A stretch of 64,000 bases of DNA. Source: Candidatus Dojkabacteria bacterium. GTDB lineage: Bacteria > Patescibacteriota > Dojkabacteria > B142 > OLB20. Positions within the stretch are counted from its first letter, which is position 1; every line of letters starts with the position of its first letter. Location of the stretch: NCBI GenBank assembly GCA_035444565.1, contig DAOMOX010000001.1:258335-322334 (forward strand), in the 5' to 3' direction. The position numbers and the translations under genes were made by a program. The notes beneath the pieces were generated by a model, which saw nothing but the letters and a program-made list of their open reading frames with translations, did not search any database and was not told the origin of the DNA. Positions 40,987 through 50,296 of this stretch are shown one piece after another.

Positions 40987-41763
40987 TTATATAAATTCAG
41001 CTATTCTTTTAATATTCTTTCTGAAATAAAGACTCCCTAGGAAATACAAGATAAAAGTTACAACAGCCATGGTCAACATTGCTTTAACGTGGATAATATC
41101 ACCTTCGAGTAATGCCCTTCTGGAAGCATGAATTATCAATGCAAGCGGATTTAGTCGAATAAGTTGTCCAAATGCTCCACTCATATCATCAATGCTATAG
41201 AAAACTGCAGATCCCCAGAAAACCAATTGCATTACCAATTCCATAATATGATGTAAATCACGAATCTTCACTAATAAGATTGAACTGAAAAGTGAAATCG
41301 AATAAAGTGCAAAAATCGTCATACTCAAAATGAATATGAAATACAAAAGTCCTTCTAATGTTGGAGCGAAACTACCTAGTATCGCCAGTACCAATAGTAT
41401 GACCGTATTAAATGCAAAATTCACAACTGCCATAAACACAGCGCTTGTGATTGCTACTTGCCGAGGGAAATTAACTTTCAAAATAACCCCTGCTAGATCA
41501 GTGAGCGCATGCATGCCGAAGATAATCCCCTCATTCACCAAAGTGTAGATAATTATTCCAAGAAGAAGATTTGCTCCGTATTCTGCAGATGCTTGTCCTC
41601 CTCGAAATGCAGTAAAGACAACAAAAAGCATCAAGAAATACAAAAAAGGCTTCATCAATACCCAGAAAAACCCAAGAATAGAGTTATTGTATCTGAGCTT
41701 AAAATTCGTTCGAATCAGCTCTATCAGAAGGTCTCTATGATTTGCTTTTGTATGTAATATCAT
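40987..41763 (-). CDS. wzm: Polysaccharide ABC exporter permease
   Basis: FKLRYNNSILGFFWVLMKP, KVNFPR, RDLHH, LNPL; six TMs. Confidence 0.92.
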   Translation of the reverse strand: MILHTKANHRDLLIELIRTNFKLRYNNSILGFFWVLMKPFLYFLMLFVVFTAFRGGQASAEYGANLLLGIIIYTLVNEGIIFGMHALTDLAGVILKVNFPRQVAITSAVFMAVVNFAFNTVILLVLAILGSFAPTLEGLLYFIFILSMTIFALYSISLFSSILLVKIRDLHHIMELVMQLVFWGSAVFYSIDDMSGAFGQLIRLNPLALIIHASRRALLEGDIIHVKAMLTMAVVTFILYFLGSLYFRKNIKRIAEFI

Positions 41764-42464
41764 TAAATTATTTTTTTAAGTGTACGATTAAAATCTCCTC
41801 GATAGATGACCAATCCCCAGTTTTGAATATCTTTTTTCAGAACGGTTTCTAGCATAGCCTCATCATCGAGAGATTGTCTAGTAATATTCGACAACATTTC
41901 TTCTCCTACCTCACCTATTTTACTAATAATTCGATCAGTTTTACAGGCTAACCAAAATTCGTCAGTAATTAATCCCGTCAATAAAGTGTTTATTTTCAAT
42001 AAACTGTTTATATCAGTTGGAGAGAAGAAAGTATACACCTTGGAGCCAGTATTATTTAGGTGCGTAGGGTGAGTATGCATATTAAAAAGGAATCCCGAAT
42101 CGATTTGCTTCGGCAATTGATCAGGTGCAAAATAGTCTTTTTGTATAATTCGACTGTCGAGGATTATCTGTCTTTCGTATCTGTAATTTCTGTTATCTGG
42201 GACATATTTCACTTGGAGGCTATGGTGGGCGTGAACATTGTCTTTGTTTCCCTTCAATGGCTTCGAGATAATCGTCTCCCTTTCTATATAAAAAAGACTT
42301 GATTCGTATTCATAGCCAGTAGAATCTGTGAATCTGTGTAATTTCACAATATCCTCCCACAATCTTCGATCTAGAACTATTTCCTCAGGCCATGCAGTCC
42401 GAGGAGGGTACTTTCCGTATTTATTCCATTTTTTTACAAATTCTACGAATTCTGTGAAGTACAT
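41763..42464 (-). CDS. Hypothetical protein with JAB/JAMM-like metalloprotease motif
   Basis: GYEY upstream Glu candidate; FNMHTHP...FFSPTD matches HxH-x(n)-S-x2-D. Confidence 0.6.
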   Translation of the reverse strand: MYFTEFVEFVKKWNKYGKYPPRTAWPEEIVLDRRLWEDIVKLHRFTDSTGYEYESSLFYIERETIISKPLKGNKDNVHAHHSLQVKYVPDNRNYRYERQIILDSRIIQKDYFAPDQLPKQIDSGFLFNMHTHPTHLNNTGSKVYTFFSPTDINSLLKINTLLTGLITDEFWLACKTDRIISKIGEVGEEMLSNITRQSLDDEAMLETVLKKDIQNWGLVIYRGDFNRTLKKII

Positions 42465-42513
42465 ACAAAACGGTTAATAACGAATTCTTAATATATCATT
42501 TTTCTCTTCTTGG

Positions 42514-42536
42514 TTTCCTGCCTTCGCAGGAAAGAC
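42514..42536 (-). repeat. Solo REP-like hairpin
   Basis: Minus strand GTC-TTTCCTGC-GAAG-GCAGGAAA: same GTC-tagged layout as the clustered repeats, with a different stem. Confidence 0.5.
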
Positions 42537-42635
42537 AATGGGCGATGTATTCTGTTTCCAGAATCCTGAATTCAGAATTCTAAATGCTTTTATTGATTTG
42601 AAATTATAGCTTGTTTTTATGGAAATGAATAACCC

Positions 42636-43235
42636 TTATGTTTCTAAGGCGAATGCTTCCAGCTCCTTTTTGATTTGGTCTTTTGATATAGGGTCAGAAA
42701 TAAAATCGACTTCTTCTGTAAAGTCTATGTCTTCGAAGAATAGTAATTGTTCGCGAAATAATTTGTCGTTGAACATTCCTTGAAAAACTTCTTCCGCTCT
42801 TTCAATTATTCTCTTTATTCCGAATTTATGGATTAAAAAATATAAATCTACATAATCTTTCCACTTTGGTCTTCTTCCGATAGTAAACGCCTTGGTCGAT
42901 GCCAATGTGAGTAAATCCGGCATTAATATATTTTTGTAGTTTACCGAGGGATTTAATAGGTATGGATAATTAAGGAAAGTAATTTTAACTTGATCCACGA
43001 TTGCAGTATATTGATCAATATTGGAGATTATTGTGTTTTGAATGTCGCAGTTTACCAATATCCTTTTAATTTCAGCAAGGCTCACTTCTTTGTTAGCAAA
43101 AAAATCAAAATCAATAGACTTTCTATGACTTAGTTGAAGTGCTATTGCAGTTCCACCAGCAAGATAATACTCATTAAGATTCTCCAGTTTTGAGAGTAAA
43201 TTCTCTTGGTCAGAATTTAATATCTTATTATCCAT
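42636..43235 (-). CDS. AbiEii-family nucleotidyltransferase toxin (type IV TA)
   Basis: YLAGGTAIAL.LSHRKSIDFDFF, K..TI.RR.KWKDYVDLYFL. Confidence 0.88.
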   Translation of the reverse strand: MDNKILNSDQENLLSKLENLNEYYLAGGTAIALQLSHRKSIDFDFFANKEVSLAEIKRILVNCDIQNTIISNIDQYTAIVDQVKITFLNYPYLLNPSVNYKNILMPDLLTLASTKAFTIGRRPKWKDYVDLYFLIHKFGIKRIIERAEEVFQGMFNDKLFREQLLFFEDIDFTEEVDFISDPISKDQIKKELEAFALET

Positions 43236-43494
43236 ACTTTGAAAAATATTTTGAGAAGTAATTCATTGTCCTCTGTGATATTAGGGGTCTTTTTGAACTT
43301 GATATCTCTCTGAAGATCTTACCGGCATTTGAAATACCGAGCAATTCAATAAATTGCAGGACCTGACTCATATTCTTTGAATAATTCAAGAACCTCTCCA
43401 TAATAGCTTTATCAGAAAGTTGGCTGATTTTGGAATGAGGAATATCCCAAAAGAGATATTTATTATTTTCAAGTAAATTTTGTTTATCAATCAT
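43228..43494 (-). CDS. Putative antitoxin partner of AbiEii (DUF6922-like)
   Basis: YLFWD....L....IMERFLNY motif; overlaps the toxin start by 8 nt. Confidence 0.7.
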   Translation of the reverse strand: MIDKQNLLENNKYLFWDIPHSKISQLSDKAIMERFLNYSKNMSQVLQFIELLGISNAGKIFREISSSKRPLISQRTMNYFSKYFSKYG

Positions 43495-43596
43495 AACTAA
43501 TTATCTCAAATATTCACTTATTTATCCAGCTTATTATCCCTCTTAATCACACATCTACCAAGCATTTTGATAATTCTCGGTTTAAACCAGAGGCGC

Positions 43597-44547
43597 TTAG
43601 GAAACTAATTTCGCTCCACTTAGATACAAATAGTCATTACATCCTGCTCGCTTTTTACCCTCGAGTTGCAGATCAAGAAGTTCGATACTTCCATCATTGA
43701 GATTTAATACGAGTTTTTTCCCATCTCTATATATTTTTCCTATCTCAGCGTTGGTTGAATTGTCAGAGATTGTTGCTTTGAAAATCTTCAACCTCAGTAC
43801 TTTCCCATTCATATCGATTTCACACCAAGCAACTGGCCACGGATAAAATGCTCTCACCATTCTGATAGCTTTTTCAGAATCAGTTTCAGAAGTAATCTTT
43901 GCTTTTTCTTTTTCAATCAAAGTTTTGTCTGCGATTGTAGCTTTCTTTTCGTTTTGCTCTAAGGGAACTAATTTTCCATCTACCCATTGTGGCAGCGTTC
44001 TCTCTAATAATTCGGCTCCTGCTTTTGCTAATTTGGACTTTAAAGTCTCTGTTGTATCGGTATCTTCAATTTCCACATCCGTCATTGCCAATACTGGGCC
44101 ATCATCGAGTCCAGTCGTCATGATGGGTATACTTACCCCTGTTTTTTTATATCCTTTTAATATCGCAATCGGAATAGGCACCGCACCTCTGAGATCGGGC
44201 AAGATAGACCCATGTACATTTAAACATTTATACTTTGGATAATTAATTGTGTATTCAGGTAATATCTGTCCATAATCCGCGACAATTATTAACTCTGGCT
44301 TTTCTTTCTCCAAAATCTCCTCCTGCTCTAGACGATACTTTAATGGAGTGTATACCTTTAAATCGGGATAGTTATTATTAATAAATTCTTTAACAGGGAC
44401 TGGTTTTAAATCCTGGTTTCTACCTGCAGGTTTGTCCATTTGCGTGACCACCGCAACTACATCCACCCCAGCCATATGCAACAGACCCTCCAAAATTGGA
44501 ACAGCAAATTCACCAGAACCGAAAAATATTGTTCTTATTTTGTTCAT
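43597..44547 (-). CDS. fmt: Methionyl-tRNA formyltransferase
   Basis: FFGSGEFA, VVTQ.DKPAGR, DYGQILP, NVHGSILP.LRGA.PI, LDDGP, RAFYPWP. Confidence 0.93.
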   Translation of the reverse strand: MNKIRTIFFGSGEFAVPILEGLLHMAGVDVVAVVTQMDKPAGRNQDLKPVPVKEFINNNYPDLKVYTPLKYRLEQEEILEKEKPELIIVADYGQILPEYTINYPKYKCLNVHGSILPDLRGAVPIPIAILKGYKKTGVSIPIMTTGLDDGPVLAMTDVEIEDTDTTETLKSKLAKAGAELLERTLPQWVDGKLVPLEQNEKKATIADKTLIEKEKAKITSETDSEKAIRMVRAFYPWPVAWCEIDMNGKVLRLKIFKATISDNSTNAEIGKIYRDGKKLVLNLNDGSIELLDLQLEGKKRAGCNDYLYLSGAKLVS

Positions 44548-44548
44548 A

Positions 44549-44977
44549 TTATGTTGATAAATCTTTTATTCCTGCTGAGAGATCTGAAAATGCGACTCGC
44601 AACTGTTTGGTATCTGCTCGGAAATGTATATCATGAGCCAAAGAATTTCTCACTTTATGCCCATCCCACGCCCTCTCTAGATTCTCAGTATGTGTAAAAA
44701 TATTATGTGCCTTGCTCAGCTTCTCTCCTAATGAATCACCTTGCACCAGATTTTTATCTAATGCGTAGTCGAGTAACTTATCAGCTTCAATTATCGCGTT
44801 TTTAATAAATATCGGATCATCATTACTACTCAGAATCGTAAGTTCGTGTAATTTAGACAAAACTTCTTTGTTCCAAGATTTTCTTTTGGGACTCCTGGTC
44901 ATGAAAAAGCCTAGTATCATCAAAAACAACACCAGTAGAACTACTGCTAGAGAAATTGCAATCTCGAGAGTTTCCAT
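44549..44977 (-). CDS. Membrane-anchored hypothetical protein with HEPN-like RxxxxH motif
   Basis: N-terminal TM; AIIEADKLLD..L; SLGEKL; AW.GHKVRNSLAHD. Confidence 0.65.
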   Translation of the reverse strand: METLEIAISLAVVLLVLFLMILGFFMTRSPKRKSWNKEVLSKLHELTILSSNDDPIFIKNAIIEADKLLDYALDKNLVQGDSLGEKLSKAHNIFTHTENLERAWDGHKVRNSLAHDIHFRADTKQLRVAFSDLSAGIKDLST

Positions 44978-44979
44978 TT

Positions 44980-45813
44980 TTATCGTTTTATTTGCCTAAG
45001 TTTAGCAAAATACACGCCTGCAAGCAAAATTAGTATTAATGAAGTCAGCTGAGCAACTGTTAAATAGAATAAAACCCTGTCTTCTAGCCTTGAGAAGTCG
45101 ACTAAAAACCTTACAGTTGCATATCCAGCAAGGTAAATAATTATTAAATCTTTGGATAAGCCAAACTTCTTATACCAGAAATATATAAAAATAAAGACAA
45201 TGAGATTTCCGATTTGTTCATATGCAAAAGTGGGATAGAAACTTTTACCAAATTCTTCAATATAAAACCCCCAAGGTAAATTCGTTTCTCTTCCGTAGAG
45301 TTCTTTGTTAGAGAAGTTCCCAAACCGTCCAATCACTTGCCCTAGTGGTAAATATACTGCGAGTAGCGAAAGAGCTTTCAGAAAGTTTGTTTTAATACTT
45401 TTTCGGTAGTAATACGCTCCAACAAAACCACCTATTATTCCACCAAAAATCCCAAGACCGCCATTCCACAAGTGGAGAATTTCTATTGGATTTTCAGTGT
45501 AAAGTTGATAGTCCGTCACAACATGCCACAATCTCGCACCAACTAAAGCTCCAATCAAAATCCACATCAATGCAGTTGTGGTATCAATACTTCTGAGTTC
45601 TTTGTATTTGGATTTTTCTTTATCGAAGAGATAAGACACGATTGATATCCCTCCCAAGATAAAAAGGCTATAAAATTGAACCTCTATGAAATAGAGATTT
45701 AAACCTTTAGGGAAGTCAAAATAACCCCTGAGGAAAATCCAATATATTGGAACAATCAACAAAACAAGAATCGTGAACAGAATTACGTTTCGTTTATCAA
45801 TAGTACTGTTCAT
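44980..45813 (-). CDS. lgt: Prolipoprotein diacylglyceryl transferase
   Basis: YSLFI, GARLWHV, WNGGLGIFGG, GQVIGRFGNF.N.ELYG, PT..YE, RF.VDF.R. Confidence 0.9.
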   Translation of the reverse strand: MNSTIDKRNVILFTILVLLIVPIYWIFLRGYFDFPKGLNLYFIEVQFYSLFILGGISIVSYLFDKEKSKYKELRSIDTTTALMWILIGALVGARLWHVVTDYQLYTENPIEILHLWNGGLGIFGGIIGGFVGAYYYRKSIKTNFLKALSLLAVYLPLGQVIGRFGNFSNKELYGRETNLPWGFYIEEFGKSFYPTFAYEQIGNLIVFIFIYFWYKKFGLSKDLIIIYLAGYATVRFLVDFSRLEDRVLFYLTVAQLTSLILILLAGVYFAKLRQIKR

Positions 45814-46498
45814 AGTAGATATTTTCTTTCACTACTCCAGCATTTGTGAGATTTAATACTACATCATCAATCATTTTTCTAGATCCACATACATATCCTG
45901 CAAAGTTTTTCTCAGTCTCAACCGCTTTCAAGTAATGCTCTGTGATTCTCCCTCGATAGCCCTGCCAGTCACCTTCGGGTTGTGAGAGTGAAAGGATAAA
46001 CTCAAAGTTCGAGAAATTTGAAGCTAGTCTTTCAAAATGATCTTTATAGAACACATTTCTCTCATGACGAAACCCTAGGAATAGCTTTATTTGTCTTGTA
46101 GTATTAAGTGTTTCAAGTGCATATGTGACCATCGAAATAAATGGGACCGCACCAGTCCCAGTGGCGAAAATATATGCTGGTTTGTCTTCTTCTTTATACA
46201 CGAAATTCCCGAGTGGACCTAGAAATTCTACTTCATCACCCACTTTTGCGTTTGCAAAGAACTGTGAACCGGGTCCACCTATTACAGAATCAGCAATCAA
46301 ATCAATCCCTGTATTGTATGAAGGTGGAGAAGCTACTGAATAACTTCGTCTAACTCCAGGAGCTACAAGCAAATTGACAAATTGTCCCGCTTGAAACTCG
46401 ATTGTCTCCCCTTCATTTAGGGGAATATTGAGTTTATGGACCGACTCCGCAATTTCCTCTGCGTAAGCTATTTTTGATTTGAAAATTTTTACTGGCAT
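45797..46498 (-). CDS. FAD/NAD(P)-binding ferredoxin-reductase-type oxidoreductase
   Basis: FQAGQF, RSYSVAS, GPGS, GPLG, ATGTGAVPF, YVCGS, E.Y at the C-terminus. Confidence 0.88.
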   Translation of the reverse strand: MPVKIFKSKIAYAEEIAESVHKLNIPLNEGETIEFQAGQFVNLLVAPGVRRSYSVASPPSYNTGIDLIADSVIGGPGSQFFANAKVGDEVEFLGPLGNFVYKEEDKPAYIFATGTGAVPFISMVTYALETLNTTRQIKLFLGFRHERNVFYKDHFERLASNFSNFEFILSLSQPEGDWQGYRGRITEHYLKAVETEKNFAGYVCGSRKMIDDVVLNLTNAGVVKENIYYEQYY

Positions 46499-46503
46499 TT
46501 TGA

Positions 46504-46755
46504 TTAGTTATCAATTACGTTATCACCTGCTGGTACACTCTCTTCGTCATAGCTTAATTCACTTCCTTGACCCTCCATACTATCATCGTCTAAATCCCCA
46601 ATTTTCATATCTCCAGAAGTAACAGGAATTTCCTCTTTTACTTCAAGATCATCAGGATCCATGTTGTTGTCCGCTATCGCAGCTGCCTGAACATCACTCG
46701 AATAGAATGAATCGTCGCTTGTTTTATCATCGTCATCATTTTGATTAGTCATCAA
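46504..46755 (-). CDS. Small highly acidic hypothetical protein
   Basis: 83 aa, D/E-rich and low complexity; first gene of the minus-strand run ending in fmt. Confidence 0.6.
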   Translation of the reverse strand: MMTNQNDDDDKTSDDSFYSSDVQAAAIADNNMDPDDLEVKEEIPVTSGDMKIGDLDDDSMEGQGSELSYDEESVPAGDNVIDN

Positions 46756-46857
46756 ATTATTTCTAAGAACTAATATTCTTCATATTATCATATAATAAAT
46801 GTCCGCAGAAATTCTATGTTGCGAACATCCCACCTTTTAGATAACCTTGTTATAGTC

Positions 46858-49107
46858 ATGAATAAAATATCAAATAAAAACACCAGAGATTTCAAGAGAT
46901 TCATCTTCGGAGTAATCTCAGTCATCTTGATGATATTTTTCGTTCTAATTTTCCATTTTTCTACTAAATATCAACCAATTGATGTAGACGCAGCTAGGAA
47001 CACAATTACTGGGACATACTCTATTATTATTGAGGAAGATTTTAAGAGTTTTAAAAGTAAGGATATACCCGTGCTCGTCAAGGACGACAAATCAATAATA
47101 CAACTGGGTAATCTAAATAAACTACCGAAAGGGACTAAACCCGGGGATAAAATAAAAATTACAGGTGTATATAATAAAAAAGCCGTATTAAATATTAGGT
47201 CATCGACGCTTACAAGTGTTTCAAAATCGAGAACCAGTAATTTATCACAAATAAATGTGCGAATCTTACCCGTAAACCTCAGAAATAATAACACTAATGC
47301 TTTCACCAAAGAACAAATGCAAAATGTCCTAAACGGAAATAATAATCCTATAAGCGCAGATAGATTTATGCAGAAAGTTTCAAAAGGAAGATTCAAACTC
47401 GGCGAAGTCAAAGTCGAAGACTGGTACAAAATTGACACTAAAGATATTCCTACAAACGATGTCTGCACAGTCTACGATATCAATACCATCATCAATCACC
47501 TTGATGAACAATACAATGCAGACGTGTATAACAAAAACTATCAAAGTTTGATTTTTATAATTGATGCGGAATGCTATAGAGGTGGGCGTGCTGTGTCAAG
47601 ATTTGAAACTGGACAAGGATACATTTATTTGTCTACTGATGCATTTAAAGAAGGTGTCATTGCTCATGAAATGGGACACAATCTAGATATTCATCATGCG
47701 AACAGTTATGATTGCGGATTAGAGATGTATGGTCAATCCGCAAGTTGTAAAACCAAAGAATATGGTAGTCCATTCTCTGTAATGGGTCTCGATGTTTACG
47801 ATAATTTATTTAGAGAATTCAATGGTGCTGAAAGAATCCGGGCAGGATGGCTCAACAGTTCAGAAATTACGAAAGTTACCCAAAGCGGCAAATATACAAT
47901 CTACCCGTTAAGTGAGGTCACAACTCAGCCGAAAGTTTTGGAAATCATGAAAAGCGATATTCAAACCGACGAGAGATATTACATCGACTTCAGAACACCA
48001 ACCGCACCATTTGATTCTATTGATAGTGACCTTTATGATGGAGCGAATGTTACTGGGGTTGGAATACAAACAACATTTACCCAAACATACAATCCCGACA
48101 GCTTATTCTCGGGACACTTACGACACACACAAATCATAGACTTTACTCCAGGGTCATTTATAGGTTTTAATGAATACTATAAAGACTTTCTTGATGCTAG
48201 ACTCACAAAAGTGGGTAATGAATACTACGACAAAATTAATGGAATAAAAATTAAAGTGCTCTCAATTACCAATCAAAAGGTTGAGCTTCAAGTTGATTTT
48301 ACAAAGAGTGTCCCTACAAGCCAAAATCTCATCACCTTCCGTGCCAAGAGTTCGAGCCCATTAGTAAAAGCTCACCTTAGTCTAAGAGATGTCACGACTG
48401 GTAAATATATTAAAGTAAAAGATTTCAGTAAACTTGATACTTATTACGCTAACTATTCTCATACAGAGACTAGTGACATGTCAATCACTCCGAAAGATGT
48501 CAGAATCTCATATAGTGGATATGATCCTAATCATCCTGAAGATTCGGAATATCTGGATTTACTTTGGTTGGAGATAAACAATACCCGTTATAGCGCCACA
48601 AACGCAGAGGCATACTCAACTGGTGCTTGGAATAAGTTAAAGTTGGCATGTACTGCTGGATATCCTAATGTCTACCCTGCAGAATTCGCTACCCCAACCA
48701 GACTTTCATGTCCTGATAAATACTTCCAGTTCATTAAAAGTGAGAGCTTACCGGTAAAGCTAAAGAATATGGCTATTCGAGCAGACTGCGATTTGTCACG
48801 AGACCCAGAAATTGTAATCACTTGGGCTAGCGATAAAAATAGCGCAATGTATTTTGTTGACTATTGTGAGGGAACAACATGTTCACCAACAACATCCCTT
48901 GACGGTGTACCCGAAGATAGTGGTCAAGATGGTATAAGGCGATTCTATGCACATATCGATGATCCATTTGGTCTTACTCCCCCACCCATAGCAGGGAAAA
49001 CATACAAATACAGAGTCGAAGGTGCAAAACTTTCGAATGGGGAGTACTTGGTAGGTCCGTGGTCTGACACCTTAAGTGTCACTGTTCCCCAAAACATTTG
49101 TAACTAA
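46858..49107 (+). CDS. Secreted/anchored zinc metalloprotease (M11/gametolysin-like) with C-terminal beta domains
   Basis: N-terminal TM; IAHEMGHNLDIHHAN (HExxHxxxxxH); EYGSPFSVMG Met-turn; FN3-like end (TW...YKYRV). Start at 46858 or 46816. Confidence 0.8.
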   Translation: MNKISNKNTRDFKRFIFGVISVILMIFFVLIFHFSTKYQPIDVDAARNTITGTYSIIIEEDFKSFKSKDIPVLVKDDKSIIQLGNLNKLPKGTKPGDKIKITGVYNKKAVLNIRSSTLTSVSKSRTSNLSQINVRILPVNLRNNNTNAFTKEQMQNVLNGNNNPISADRFMQKVSKGRFKLGEVKVEDWYKIDTKDIPTNDVCTVYDINTIINHLDEQYNADVYNKNYQSLIFIIDAECYRGGRAVSRFETGQGYIYLSTDAFKEGVIAHEMGHNLDIHHANSYDCGLEMYGQSASCKTKEYGSPFSVMGLDVYDNLFREFNGAERIRAGWLNSSEITKVTQSGKYTIYPLSEVTTQPKVLEIMKSDIQTDERYYIDFRTPTAPFDSIDSDLYDGANVTGVGIQTTFTQTYNPDSLFSGHLRHTQIIDFTPGSFIGFNEYYKDFLDARLTKVGNEYYDKINGIKIKVLSITNQKVELQVDFTKSVPTSQNLITFRAKSSSPLVKAHLSLRDVTTGKYIKVKDFSKLDTYYANYSHTETSDMSITPKDVRISYSGYDPNHPEDSEYLDLLWLEINNTRYSATNAEAYSTGAWNKLKLACTAGYPNVYPAEFATPTRLSCPDKYFQFIKSESLPVKLKNMAIRADCDLSRDPEIVITWASDKNSAMYFVDYCEGTTCSPTTSLDGVPEDSGQDGIRRFYAHIDDPFGLTPPPIAGKTYKYRVEGAKLSNGEYLVGPWSDTLSVTVPQNICN

Positions 49108-49256
49108 TGTCAGAGGTCGGTGTAGACTAATCCTGTATTCCTAATGGTCTGGATAAATGCTTCTATAGTCGTCATTGCATTTCTGTTTAAATAGAATAAT
49201 TGATCGAGAATAAACATCTAATTATCTTGTATAATATATCTAGTTAAATATCATTT

Positions 49257-49433
49257 TTGAAAAAATTCATTAAACAAAATTGGCTCATTATTTTGTCAGT
49301 TTTATACATTGTATTTCCTTTAGATTTTATTCCCGATTTCACACCATGGATAGGTTTCAGTGATGACATCACAGTTGTGGCTGCTAATATGTTGGTAACC
49401 TGGCTGAAAAAGAAATCCTCAAAACCGTTGTAA
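49257..49433 (+). CDS. DUF1232/YkvA-family small membrane protein (not in ORF track)
   Basis: TTG start: MKKFIKQNWLIILSVLYIVFPLDFIPDFTPWIGFSDDITVVAANMLVTWLKKKSSKPL*. Y..P.D.IPD..P..G..DD signature. Confidence 0.85.
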   Translation: MKKFIKQNWLIILSVLYIVFPLDFIPDFTPWIGFSDDITVVAANMLVTWLKKKSSKPL

Positions 49434-49474
49434 ATGACCCTAGGATGTTATAATTCACTAGTTATAACTTACTA

Positions 49475-50224
49475 ATGTTTGTCGACAACCTAGATGATTA
49501 TGAAGAGCCGCATCAGCCCCTAAATCCAATCGAGACAGGAGAATTTGGGATAGTTTCTGATAGATTATTTACTTTTATTACACAGAAGCCTAGAGGTAGA
49601 CCTGAAAAAATTAGCTATTCATTAAATGAGGATGGGGAAAGACAAGTCTGTTATGTTCTTTCTCATCTAGATATTTCAGACCTATTCATCTTTCCTAAAT
49701 TAACAATTACCCAAAAAGCCATACTTGGTAATGGTAATTCTCTACTTATGTCCAATGCTGAAATTCTTGTGATGAGCCCTGATGAGTATCAGTTTGGAAC
49801 ACTTAACAATAATTCTGACGGAAACTCTAATTATTTATCCACGTTTTGGATTGAAGACCAAGTGGGGTTTCATCCAGTATCAATGTCGACCGAATTCTCA
49901 CTTGAGGGACAGAATTACCGACTAAATTTTAATAACCAAGGAAACCTTTTACAGATTATATCTGATTCTGTAGCAATGCCTAATTACAGAAATCAATCTA
50001 GATTTTCAAAACCACGCACAATGATTTATACCGATCAGAATGATTTACGACTCATAGCTAGAAACCTTTCAGCCTTATTAAGGGAGAGTGGAATACCCTC
50101 AAATTATGAGCACTTTTCATTGAAACGCGTTGACATAGCATTTACGAATCTTCTCGCATCCATTGGGACCGGATATAATTTCACTTCCGATGGAGATATA
50201 ATTCCCGTATTAAGATATCGTTAG
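49475..50224 (+). CDS. Hypothetical protein
   Basis: 249-aa ORF preceded by TGTTATAAT; no recognisable motif. Confidence 0.55.
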   Translation: MFVDNLDDYEEPHQPLNPIETGEFGIVSDRLFTFITQKPRGRPEKISYSLNEDGERQVCYVLSHLDISDLFIFPKLTITQKAILGNGNSLLMSNAEILVMSPDEYQFGTLNNNSDGNSNYLSTFWIEDQVGFHPVSMSTEFSLEGQNYRLNFNNQGNLLQIISDSVAMPNYRNQSRFSKPRTMIYTDQNDLRLIARNLSALLRESGIPSNYEHFSLKRVDIAFTNLLASIGTGYNFTSDGDIIPVLRYR

Positions 50225-50296
50225 TAAATTCTCTTTCCACCTACAAATTCTCAAGATTAAAATGCTATAATCAAAAACTGATTATATAGACCAGTT

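Noticed and set aside
42559-42582. Short GAATTC(A)-type heptamer runs here and at ~10730-10747
   Set aside because: Only 2-3 degenerate copies; too weak to call a repeat family from this window.
44541-44560. CATATTATGTTGA as a dif-like site
   Set aside because: Only a partial XerD-arm resemblance, no XerC arm, and it lies at an ordinary gene junction.
49111-49218. 35-aa minus-strand ORF (MFILDQLFYLNRNAMTTIEAFIQTIRNTGLVYTDL)
   Set aside because: No motif or other supporting signal; could easily arise by chance.
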